Shown here: in pieces, positions 1-11,071 of the stretch
Layout: every line of letters begins with the position of its first letter
How positions within the stretch are numbered: position 1 is the stretch's first letter
Assembly (NCBI GenBank): GCA_013239625.1
Contig: MU056134.1
Coordinates: 4,976,714-5,040,713, forward strand
Origin: Lama guanicoe
Lineage: Eukaryota
Length of the DNA stretch: 64,000 bases
Direction of reading: 5' to 3'
Position numbers and translations under genes: made by a program
Notes under the pieces: model-generated
Seen by the model: only the letters and a program-made list of their open reading frames with translations
What the model was told of the DNA's origin: nothing
Database searches by the model: none

Positions 1-489
1 CTTCTCTACAGAGGGCCAGATCTGCTGTTAAAGTACAAAAGCAAATGGAAAATACGTACATGAATGGGAGTGGCCTAATTTGGCTCAGGAGTCTTAGTTT
101 GGTAACCCTCGATCTAGAAGTACAGAAAGTCTTTAAAGATTGATGGCAAAGGTACCATGGGAGCTTGTAATAGAAGACTCTAACCCAATTTTGAGGAAGT
201 GACTTCAGGACCTTAAAAGTGAGGAGGAATTAACTAAGTGAAGAAGATGGCTTCTTTGGAGGTGGTTGGAGGAGTGATGTTGTTGGAGGCAAGTGCTCCC
301 AGCACAAGGCCCAGGATATGTTGTGGCAGGAACCATGAGGGCCAGTTTGGGAAGAGGGAGAAGGGTTCATAATGAGTTGGAGGTGAGGTCACAAGGATCT
401 TGATAGGATAACTTAAGGATTTTTGATTTTATCTGAAAGGTGCTGAGAAGCCCCTACAGGGTTTTATACCAAGAACTGACTCAGCAATT

Positions 490-1820
490 TACTTTCTGAT
501 TCTATAAATACTTACTTAATGAGTGCTTACTACATGCCAGGCATGTACAAGACAAAATCCCTGCCCCTAGCATACCTGTTTTCTAGGGCAGGAGACAAAC
601 CACAAACAGATAAAGCTTGCTGTAAGTGCTAGGAAGGAAATAATCATCCTCACCTCTGAGAGGGTTAGTTCAGACTGAGATGTCAAGAATGGGTAGGATG
701 TGGTACGCAGAACCAGGGGAAGAGGTTCCCGGCAGAAAAGGTGGGCAAGAACTTGGCATATGGTAGGCAATGTCCTAAGGCTAGTGTGACCAGAGAATGG
801 TGAAGGAAGCAGGATGTGAAAGGGAGGAGGGGTCTGCTCAAGCAGGTCTGTGAAGGTCATGGAAAGCCACTGGAGAGTTTTAAGCAGGGAAATGACATGT
901 TCTGACCTGACCTGATCCTCCTATGTGGAAAATGGACTGGGAGAAATTCTGGGTGGAAGCAGGGAAAACTGAGAACACTATTTCAGTAGCTCTGGAAAAA
1001 GAGACGGTGGCTTGCAACAGGGTGGTAGCAGCAGAGATGGAGAACAGAAGAAAAATTTGAAATATATCTTGGAAGTAGAAGTGACAGGACTAACTAAAAG
1101 ACTTGGGGAGGTGAATAGTAAGGAAGAATCCAATATGATTCTCAGAGGTCTGGCTTTGGTAACCATGTGGATGAGAGTATCACTTAGTAAGGCAGAGAAG
1201 ATCGGGTTTGGAATGATAGGGAACCTAAAATGTTATGCCAGGTTTGGGATGTCTAAGAGACAACCAAATGGACCTATTAAGCAGGCATTTTGTATGAGTC
1301 TTAAACACAGAAGAAAGAAGGCTGGGCTAGAGAGTTTAACTTGGGAGTTGCCAGCTTTCAGATGCTGATTAAAGCCACAGGACTGGATCACCTAAAGGAA
1401 GCACACAGAAAACCTAGGATTAAACTCTGAAGGAAATTCAACATTTAGGCACTAGGTAGAGAGTAAAAGTAGCTAGCAAAGGAGACTGAGAAGGAGCAGC
1501 CATAAAAATGGAGAAAATCCAGGAGTGAAGTGTCAATGAAGCTAACAGAAGAGAGAACTTAAAGAGAGGAATAAACTGTGCTGAGTATTCCACACTGAGA
1601 AAGATGAGAACAAAGTATCCACAGGATTTGACAAAATAGAAGTCACTGGTGACCTTGACAAAAGCAGTATCAATGGAGTGGTCAGAAGAGAAGCCAGACT
1701 GGTGTAGGCTGAAGAACGAAAAAAAAAAAAACTGAGAAAGTTGACACAGTTGGAAATCTGGCTATGAAAGGAAATTTTAAGAAGTAGAATGCTAGCTAGA
1801 TAGGGATGAGAGGAATGCCA
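490..1820 (-). mobile_element. Old L2 LINE remnant(s)
   Basis: L2-like text such as aaatacttacttaatgagtgcttactacatgccaggc, gagttttaagcagggaaatgacatg and gaagtcactggtgaccttgacaaaagcag. Boundaries and orientation are approximate. Confidence 0.6.
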
Positions 1821-3099
1821 GAACATAATCTGTATGTTGATGGGAACAGATTTTTATGGAGAGGTAGATTTGGTGATTGATTTTATTGGAGAATAGTGGA
1901 AATGAAGAATCAAAGTATTATACTGCAGCATAATCTGACTGTGGTGCCTTAAGAACAGAGAAGCAGGAGCAAATTTATTTGCTTCCAAAGACCATATGTT
2001 TCCACCCTACTGGGGAGCCCTCCTTTCTTGTGAAGGTCTACTGAGGGAGGGAGAACTGTAAAATGCAACTACACCACTTCTTGATGTGATTAATCCCATG
2101 ATGAGATTTAAACCTCTTAGAGTAGTAATATTATGCTAATCTAATCTTGTAGCCAACCAAACCAACTAAATAAGCTTTCAGATGATTCAGACTTGTCCTC
2201 GTTGAAGGAACACAAGTCATGGAAAAGGGCTGTAAGTTCACATCTGATGGGGGGAGCAATCATACTTCTGTAATCAATACATGGAAGACTTAAAAATCAG
2301 TAACTTTTGGATAAACAGTCGAACTAAACTTTTTTCCAAAGAAATTAATTAATTTCAAAATTCTTTACATTCTCCATGATCATTAATAGCAGCAATGTAA
2401 TTTAATACTCCCTTGCTACTTCTGATATTACAGTGAATTTCTACGTCTAAGTATTTTCGGAGAGCTTAGGCCTCCTGTAACTGAAAAACAAGTATCAGTA
2501 CTTGCAACAACCAAGGGAAATGAACTGCTCAAACGAGTGCCTAGACAGAGAGACAGAGAGACACAAACTGGAAGAAAATAAAGTTTTAACTTAATATCGC
2601 ATTCGTACGTGTATGGTAGACGTCTGATGGATGTAGCCATCTACACAAAGTTCTAATTATATCATTTAACAACATGGAAAAAGAAGGAATTTGGCATCAC
2701 CCCCTACTCTGATAGCAGAGTTGCTGAAAGCTCCGTAGGTTTCACATCCCCAGAACAAACAATTCGATCACCTGATCCTGACTCAGAAGCCCTAGGTCCC
2801 TTCCATTCCAAACCCTATCGCGTGGCCCAGTTTTCAGAAGCTGCGAGAGAGGGACGGCATCCCAGGAAGCCTGTTGATACAACAGGCCGCCCAATTCCTG
2901 GGTTCTGGGGTGGCACAGGATTGGGAAAAGACTTAAGACTCTAAGCAACTACCTTGCTTTCCTCCTCCTCCTCCCTCATAGAGAAGGGAAGGTCGGAGGC
3001 CCCCCCTTCTTCCCGCATAACGGCTCCCCAGTGCCTCTTCCCTTACGGGACCAGGCCCTAAGAGCCTAGCTCCCCACCTGACCCATTCGAGGAACAGAC

Positions 3100-3900
3100 T
3101 TTCCAGTCCAAACTTTACCTGCTTGAGGCCCGTCACTTCTCCAGTGCCCTCAGCCCCCACCGAGGAAAATGGAGTCGCCGAACCGAGACTGGGAAAGGAT
3201 AGTACGAACCCACCGCACGGCCCCTCCGCCGCCACCGCCGCCGCTGCTGCGTCAACGTGCTACGTCACTTCCGGCCCCCTGTCACTGGGAGTGGGCGGGC
3301 CATTTCTTCCTCTCGGCTCCCTCCTGGCTCTCCCGGCTTGGTCGAAGGAGCGCGAAAACTGGCAGAAGCGGTTCAGAAAAGCAGCTGTCACAGGGCCCCG
3401 GGAACGGCACGAGGGAGTCGGAAGCAACCAGGCCTAGCTAGTTCCTTAGGCCTCTCTAGCCAAAGGAACCATAAAGACCAGATTGGGCTTCTTCCTTTCC
3501 TCCTCTCTGTGGTTCCGCTCGCAGCTTCCGGTTCCGGGGAGGGGCGAGTTTTCTTCGAAGATTAGGGGCTCTGCACTGCAGCCAGGATGTCTGTGGTGTC
3601 GCTGCTGTTGTTTGGGGGTTTGTGGAGTGCTGTGGGAGCGTCCAATCTGGCTGTCGTTACATGCGGTTCTGTAGTGAAGCTGCTCAATACGCGCCACAAC
3701 GTCCGACTGCACTCACACGACGTGCGCTACGGGTCAGGTACTGCCACCCGGGTTCGGGTGGGCTGGGAAGGCCTGCTAGGCTCCGGAGGGGGTGGGGCCT
3801 AGAGAGAATCTGAGGGGTGTGGTCTGGGAAAGTTAGGGGAGCCGGGGGGAGGTTCCTGAGGTCTGGAGGCGGAGAGTCGGAGAATTCAGTGGTCCTAAGG
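3100..3900. promoter_or_regulatory. CpG-island bidirectional promoter (SDF2 / SUPT6H)
   Basis: CpG-dense. Composite CRE-half/ETS motif CGTCACTTCCGG at 3263-3274, GC box near 3290, further CTTCCGG near 3524, YY1-like AAAATGG near 3166. Confidence 0.8.
3119..3260 (-). other. SUPT6H: Probable non-coding first exon of SUPT6H (divergent from SDF2; its coding exons would lie to the left of this window)
   Basis: GC-rich minus-strand leader ending in a donor CAG|GTAAAG (intron begins at 3118). SUPT6H is head-to-head with SDF2 in mammals (synteny). No SUPT6H coding sequence is visible, and the 5' end is approximate. Confidence 0.6.
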
Positions 3901-6900
3901 CATCTTAATCGTAATACCAACTTGTATCTGGTGAGCTACGTTCCAGACACATTACATATTTACTTCTGAAGACTTATTCTTACGAGATATAGGCCATTAT
4001 TATCCTCATTTTACAGATGAGGAAACAGACTCAAATAAATCGCATGCTCAAATCCTTGGCAGCTAGTGAATGACAGAGACGGTTCGATCCAAATCTGTCC
4101 AGGTTAAAAGCCTGCGTTCAGTTACTGCAGGCTGGCACTACTCAGTGCGGGAGAGACAGACATGTAGAAAATTACAGTAAGTCTTGTTATCTCTGAAGTC
4201 TTCCAAGACTTCACTCTTTGACTACGACACTCTTGTCTAACTCTTTTGCATCTTACACTTAACTTCATCTCTTTTCTTTGGCCTCTTTTCACTCAAACCT
4301 TACCCTCGTAAAGAAAAACTGAAGCACTCAGTGGGATTGGAAGGGAAACTGTTCAGAGGGCTTTTTAACATATGAAAATAAAATACTTAGTTTGTGGTTC
4401 ATTTGTAATGTAGCAGTTATTTGTGGGCTCATTCACTCAGTATAGATTTAATGAGTTCCTACTGTGTGCCTAATACTGTTTTAGATACAAGAGACACCGT
4501 AGTGAACCAGTCAGCAAGTTACAAGAAAACAAAAACAGACAAAAAGAAGAGCGTAAGGTTCAGCTAGTAAGATGTGAGAGGCATCTAAGATGACTGCTAG
4601 ATGTCTGTCTTAGGTAACTGATGATGCTATTAGCTAAGAGAGGAAGGCGTTCTCTTAGATGGGGCTGGTGTGTGGTTCATGATCCCCAAAACCTGTCTGA
4701 CCAGTTAGGCTAGGAAAGGGGCTGAATTTTCATTGTTGGCAGAAGCAGTTCAGGAAAGCAGCTGTCACAGGGGCCCCGGGAACAGAAGCTATAGGGGGTC
4801 AGAAGCAAGTTTGGAAAACACAGGGTTTCTTTATAGGAGGGTTTAATAATCTTAGTGGCCTTTCAGTGAATAACTACTATGTGTCAGACTTATATTTTAA
4901 TTTGATCTGGTTTCCTATTTTGGATCTACTAAATCAGAACATGGGTAAAGAGAGGCCTGCCAGTAAGAATCTGTAGGTTTGAAAAGCTCTTCAGGTGTTC
5001 TTGATGGGCAGCCACATTTGAGAACCAGGCTCAGTCTGAAGCTCAGAAGAGAGAGATCTGTGTTGAGCCTGAGACACAGAGTTAAGTACAATATCATTGT
5101 ACAGGTGGTGGTTGAAGATGTGGGGAGAGTAGATGAGATTGCTCAGGATGAACTGTGGTTCTCAATCTGGTGTCAATTTGAATCAGTTGAAAAACTTGTT
5201 GAAGTACTTGTAAATGCTTCTGTCTTCATCTCCAACAAGTATTTAAGAGTGCATAAGGGCCAGGGATAGAACTCTGGGTAATCCCAAAGTTTAAGGACGG
5301 GAGAGGACGTGGAAGGCTGAATGACAGTGAAAAAGTAGGAGACAGAAAATGTACAACATGATTTAGTGAAGCATGACAGTGAGAACCAAGAGAACTGTAA
5401 GGCAAAAGCTAGAAGTAAGAAGGTAGAGTTGGTTTGCCCCCCCCTTTTATAAGATAAAACAAAATCATTATGAGTTGAGTAGAAACAGCAAGAGTGAGAA
5501 GCTGGTAGTTTAGTTGTGAACATTCACACAGATAAATGTGGTACAAGGCGTAATGTGTTAACTGGTAAAAAGGAAAGTGTTATCAAAAGCTTGTGGTCAG
5601 GCAGGGCCAGAGGACTGAAGGCAAAGCTAAGAGAAATAGGCAAGAGTAACTGAGGAAAGTGTCTGGGAAATATGGAGTGCCTTCCAAGAATTGACTAATG
5701 AATGAGGCCTAAGGAAGGGAAATCTCTGGAATTTATATGAATGGCCTATTTGGAGGAAATTGACAGAAAATAAAGCTTTCTGGGAGGCCAGGTGGTAGAG
5801 TGGTTAAGAATGTGAGTTGTAGAGTCAGGCCACCTAGGTTCAAACTCCAGCACTGCCTCTTGGGGTTGTGTGTGACCTTGGCATATTATTAAGCCTTTCT
5901 AACACTCCAGTGTAAAATGGGGGAAATAATAATACTTACTTTAGAGAATAGATGCATGTATCAAATAAGAATAATCAATCAAAAGGCTTGGATTGGTAAT
6001 TAGGTTCAGTACACATTAGCTACCCGCCAATTATTGTTTGTATATTTCTTTTTTTTCCCCCAAGCCTGTAGCTACATATTTAACCTAGTACCTTTTAACC
6101 TGCAGAATTGCACCATTTGTAAGCAGTGTTAACCAAACTTAGATGATTTAAGAATACTTTTACAATAGGTTGATAGATCACTTACAGGAATTGGGGAGCT
6201 GTAATGGCTTGTTGGATTAAAGTTGACAGGAAAAACTGGTCTCACTTTAACTGTGAAATGTAAAAATTTTTTATTGTAATACATAGTAAACATTGAATAA
6301 CATTACAAACATGTTAATATATGATTAGACACCTGACATATATTAGGGGCCATCCAGGCTAGTATATATAGGTAAATGCTGCCTGTGCTTCAAAAAAACC
6401 ACATGTGTTCACTTATTTAGTGCTCTTGGATGCAAATTCTTGGAATTTTCTGATGTAATATACTCCTAAATATAGTTCATCATACAGTAACTAATACTGT
6501 ATAAGTACATTTAGTATTTCTCATGCATACTTTAATGTTGTAGGGAAAAAATATTACGAAGCATAGGGTTTCCTTCCAACCCCTCCAAACCTATTATGTA
6601 ACACAAGAAAGAGAAGGGTCAGGTTGAGCTCACCCTCTTCCTTTTCTTTCTTTTTTTTGACTGCAGGTAGTGGGCAGCAGTCGGTGACAGGTGTAACCTC
6701 CGTGGATGACAGCAATAGTTACTGGAGGATACGGGGGAAGACCGCCACCGTGTGTGAAAGGGGAACCCCCATCAGATGTGGTCAGCCCATCCGACTAACA
6801 CATGTCAACACTGGCCGAAATCTCCATAGTCACCATTTCACCTCACCTCTTTCTGGAAACCAGGTGAGGTGGCATCCCGTGGATCACTGCTGCTCTACCG

Positions 6901-9900
6901 AGGAGTACTCAGTTGAGTTGTTTGATACCTTGGTTCTTAACCCTTTCTTTTCCAGATGTAGGTGTTCTCTTTTGTGCAGACCTGGAGAATATGCTTCTGT
7001 CCCATATGTGTGAAGGAAATTGTTTCTGGTCAAAATGGAGACTCTACGTCTAGATCAAATCAAGAAATGATGAGGGAAGAGAGACTAGGTATATGTTAGC
7101 ATATCATAAGGTATCTTGATAAATCCTACTATAAAGAAACCCTATGTTTTCCAAATTGCAAGAGAAATTATTACCATTATGATTTTTTTAATGATGCTAA
7201 CTAACCACACTAGGAAAATAAATTATGTATTGTGCCATTTTTTTAAGCCTTGAATTTCCGGATGATGTGGACACCTTAATGACTGATTCCCTCCCACCCC
7301 TACTTTGTACATAGTTTTCCCTGTTAACATCTTAACATTAGTTTGGTAAATTTGCCACAGTTAATAAAGCAATATTGATACACTGTTATCAACCAGAGTC
7401 CATAGTTCATTTTGGTTTCCTTAGTTTTTACCTACTGTCTCTTCTCTTTTCTGTTCCAGGATCCCATGCACGTCACATTTAGTTGTCATGCTTCTTTATG
7501 TCCCTCTTTTTTTTAAACTTTTTTTTTATTGAATTATAGTCATTTTACAACGTTGTGTCAAATTCCAGTGTAGAGCACAATTTTTCAGTTATACATGAAC
7601 ATACATATATTGTCACATTTTTTTCACTGTGAGTTACACAAGATCTTGTATATATTTCCCTGTGCTATACAGTATAATCCTGTCTGTCTATTCTACATAT
7701 GCCTGTCAGTATCTACAAATTTTGAACTTCCAGTCTATCCCTTCCCACCCCCCACCCCCTATGTCCCTCTTGACTGTGACAGTTTCTCAGATTTTTCTTC
7801 TTTTTGTTGACCTTGACAGTTTTGAAAGGGGCTAGTTAGGTATATTATAGGGTGCTCATCTATTGGAATTTGTCTGATCTTATGATTAGACTGGATTTAT
7901 GAAGGTTTGGGCGAGGAAGACCGCAGAGGTAAAGTGTAATTTTCATCATCTTTATCAAGGATACATAGTATCTGCATGATTAATGACTGTTGATATTGAT
8001 TACCTGGCTGAGGTAGTGTTTTTCAGATTTCTCTTGTAAAGTCAGTCTTTCCATATTTCCCTTTTACATACTGTAATCTTTGGAAAGAAGTCACTATGCA
8101 CAGCCCACACTTAAAGAGTTATGCTACCTTTAGGGTAGAAAAGCTGCATAATTTATTTGGAATTCTTCTGCATGTGTGATTTGTCTTTTCTCTATTTACT
8201 TAATCATTTATTTACATTGGTATGGACTCCTGGATATTTATTTTATACTTTAAGTTATAAGCCAATAGTACTATCTTTATTATGTTGCTCAGTTGTTCCA
8301 ACTTTGGCTATTGGGAGCCCTTTCAGTTGTTTCCTGTATCCATGTGACATATTTCCATCATTGTATATATTGTGTGGGTGTGTTTTAACACTTCCTTACT
8401 TTCTGGCACTATGAGATATTCTAGGCTCATCTTGTATATTTCTTGTCCAGTCCTAGAATGAGCTATTTCCCTAAGGAGTCCTGCTTCCATTTATTGGAGA
8501 ATGGTATTCTTAGATGTAGGCCCTACATGAGCTTGTTGCTACTGGGATATTGTTTCTTTTAGGCCCTCTCACCTGACAGAGCTAAGAAATATCTGCATGT
8601 GAATGCATGTACACATAACCATAAATGTTCATATGTGTAACCATCTGTGTCTATATTAAATGAAACAAGAGTTCTTACTGATGTCTCCAGCTCTAATCCA
8701 TTGTCTCATAGATCATTTTAGCCTCCTCCCTTTGCTTATTTGTAAATTCCCACTCTTAACAGTGAGATACCTGGCTCCTACCACTGTTGTCCACTTACTT
8801 ACTTGTTCAGTTCCAGCATAGTAATAGAATTGTTAATTATGTGCAGTTCCTTATGCCTTTAGTCTTAGAGACTATATTTCCAAATGACTGCCTTACCATC
8901 TAAAATTTTATGGCTGTTAGTGTATATTTAAATTATATATGTTTTGTAGTGGTCATTATGTAAAGTATAGAAAATTGAATCACTGTGTTGTGCACTTGGA
9001 ACTAACAGTGTTGTAGGTTAACTATACTTCAATTAAAAAATATCTGTATGTCTGAAATAATCAGTAACTTATTTTTTAAATTAGTTAAAAAAAATTTTTA
9101 ACAGAGATACCAGGAATTGATCCTGGGACCTTGCACTTGTTAAGCACACACTTTACCACAGAGCAATACCCCCACCCCTTAGTAGCTTTTTATTATCATA
9201 CATACTCTGAATTCTTGGCCTTAAGGGGAATGAGATTAGAATACGAGTAGAAGATAGAACCTGCTATACTTTGCTCGGTTAATATATATTATTTCATTTA
9301 ATTCTCATAATTATTTTGTAAGATATTATTGTCATCATTTTATAGAGGAGAAGATGAAAGCCCAAAGGAGTCACACAGGAAGGGACAAAACTGAGATTTA
9401 AGGTTTGCCTGTTTCCAGAGCCCATCCCCTTTCCAACTTGTGTTTCTCACCAGGTCACTTAAAATCTAGTTGAGGGAATGAGGCAGGAATAGTTAAAAGT
9501 CAAATAATGAGGTAAAATATTTTTAAGACTATAATAGAAAATAAAAGGCAAATAGAGGATTACTTGTAAAATAAATGTTTGGGCCATAATCTTATGGCAA
9601 TTGATTTCATGTCTTTTGTGTCTTTTTATCTTTTTTCCACAGTTTATTTTATTTATTTGTTTGTTTTGTTGGGGGGAGGTAATTAGGTTTTTACTTATTT
9701 TTAATGGAGGTACTAGGGATTGAGCCCAGGACCTCGTGCATGCTAAGCACGTGCTCTACCACTGAGCTATACCCTCCTCCCTATTTTATTTATTTTTAAG
9801 CAGCATTGGAAAACCTCTTATTTTTCACTTTCAGATAGCCTTATTTTTCTTCCCATTGCCTCCCTCTTCTTTTCAAGCCTGTGTGTCAGCCATACTAATG

Positions 9901-10213
9901 TTGCTTACCTATCTCTGTCTTCTAGGAGGTGAGTGCTTTTGGTGAGGAAGGTGAAGGCGATTATCTGGATGACTGGACAGTGCTCTGTAATGGGCCCTAC
10001 TGGGTAAGGGATGGTGAGGTGCGGTTCAAGCATTCTTNNNNNNNNNNNNNNNNNNNNNNNNNNNNNNNNNNNNNNNNNNNNNNNNNNNNNNNNNNNNNNN
10101 NNNNNNNNNNNNNNNNNNNNNNNNNNNNNNNNNNNNNNNNNNNNNNNNNNNNNNNNNNNNNNNNNNNNNNNNNNNNNNNNNNNNNGGCAGAAGCCCACCA
10201 CACAGAGCTGTGA
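3587..10213 (+). CDS. SDF2: Stromal cell-derived factor 2 (signal peptide, MIR domains, C-terminal HTEL). Exons 3587-3737, 6667-6863, 9926-10213; 211 aa
   Basis: Translates to MSVVSLLLFGGLWSAVGAS...VVTCGSVVKLLNTRHNVRLHSHDVRYGSGSGQQSVTG...RNLHSHHFTSPLSGNQEVSAFGEEGEGDYLDDW...AEAHHTEL*. GT-AG junctions are in phase. Part of exon 3 (10038-10185) is N but the frame is preserved. Confidence 0.97.
3930..4115 (-). mobile_element. MIR SINE
   Basis: Core tattatcctcattttacagatgaggaaacagac. Confidence 0.65.
5790..6020 (+). mobile_element. MIR SINE
   Basis: gtggttaagaatgtgagttgtagagtcagg...tgtgaccttgggc...tgtaaaatgggg pattern. Confidence 0.65.
7290..8880 (-). mobile_element. Old L1M 3' fragment (antisense), interrupted by a younger L1
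   Basis: L1M-like text such as ttttgttcaccttgacagttttgaa and gttgctcagttgttccaactttggctattgggagc. Subfamily not determined. Confidence 0.6.
7509..7759 (-). mobile_element. Young 5'-truncated L1 3' end with 12-bp TSD TATGTCCCTCTT (7497-7508 and 7760-7771)
   Basis: Poly-T head, artiodactyl-type L1 3' UTR (ttgaattatagtcattttacaacgttgtgtcaaattcc) and an exact flanking duplication. Confidence 0.75.
9640..9782 (-). mobile_element. tRNA-derived camelid-type SINE (Vic-1-like)
   Basis: gggattgagcccaggacctcgtgcatgctaagcacgtgctctaccactgagctatacc: reverse-strand A/B boxes plus the characteristic ggtaattaggttt tail. A degenerate copy is also present at about 9095-9180. Confidence 0.8.
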
Positions 10214-10469
10214 GTCTGGAGGATGTGAGCCACTGTTACTGCACAGTGTTCATAGACATCTGCTGCTCCTTCCCCCTTTGGATTTCTGCCACAGGCTCCC
10301 TGGGCAGTGGCCATGTCACCACTAAGATGAAGATGCGTGACAGAAGACAGAGGCTATATTTGGAAGCTTCATTCCTTCATACTTGAATTGGTGGTTCTCC
10401 CAGACTTGGGTCAGTTCTTTCTGAGTACAGGACTTGTTTGTGAAGGAACAGATGCTTTTTATTCATACT

Positions 10470-10475
10470 AATAAA
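10470..10475 (+). terminator. Candidate SDF2 polyadenylation signal AATAAA (second candidate 10814-10819)
   Basis: First AATAAA about 260 nt after the stop codon, with T-rich sequence downstream. Confidence 0.55.
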
Positions 10476-10935
10476 ACAAACTGAGGGAGACATCCCTCCT
10501 AGCTGGGAAATTTTTATTCCTTAGAATCTTGGCATCATGGATTATTAATGTTTGTGACTTTTCTTCTACTTTCTTTCTCCAAATTGAAAAAAATTTCATT
10601 GTTACTGTGTTGTCATTTATTAGATGTGCTATTTCATAATCTGATTAATCCTTGAGTCCTAAAAGTCATTACAAACACTCTTGAGATGCTGGAAACCTTT
10701 AGTGTAGGCACTTTTGAGAGCCTTACTTACATTCAAACTTTTTCTGTCTCTACTTTCACCTTTCTCTCAGCATCTCATCTTTGTTTTTTGACAAATTATG
10801 ACTAAAGACCCTTAATAAATAGCCAGTGAGATGTTTTACTTTGGATCTGTTACTGCACTTGATAAAAAGAGGTAGATGTAGAAAGAGGAACCAACATTTA
10901 TTTACTGTCTGCTAAATAGTAGGCACCATATTATA

Positions 10936-11071
10936 ATATTTATTTTTTAAATTTTTTGGGGGGTAATTAGGTTTGTTTGTTTGTTTAATTAATTAATAAT
11001 GGAGGTAGTGGGGATTGAACCCAGGACCCAGTGGTAAGCACACTCTACCACTGAGCTATACCTTCCCCCCC
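10936..11071 (-). mobile_element. Vic-1-like SINE with diverged 16-bp TSD
   Basis: ggggattgaacccaggacc...ctctaccactgagctatacc. Flanks are taggcaccatattata and taggtgccatgttata. Confidence 0.8.

Noticed and set aside
567-1826. ORFs of 62-118 aa at the window start
   Set aside because: They lie within decayed L2 sequence, have no splice-supported structure and do not resemble SUPT6H protein.
2933-3920. Cluster of 60-100 aa ORFs around the SDF2 promoter
   Set aside because: CpG-island artefacts, often with non-ATG starts. Only 3587-3737 is a real coding exon.
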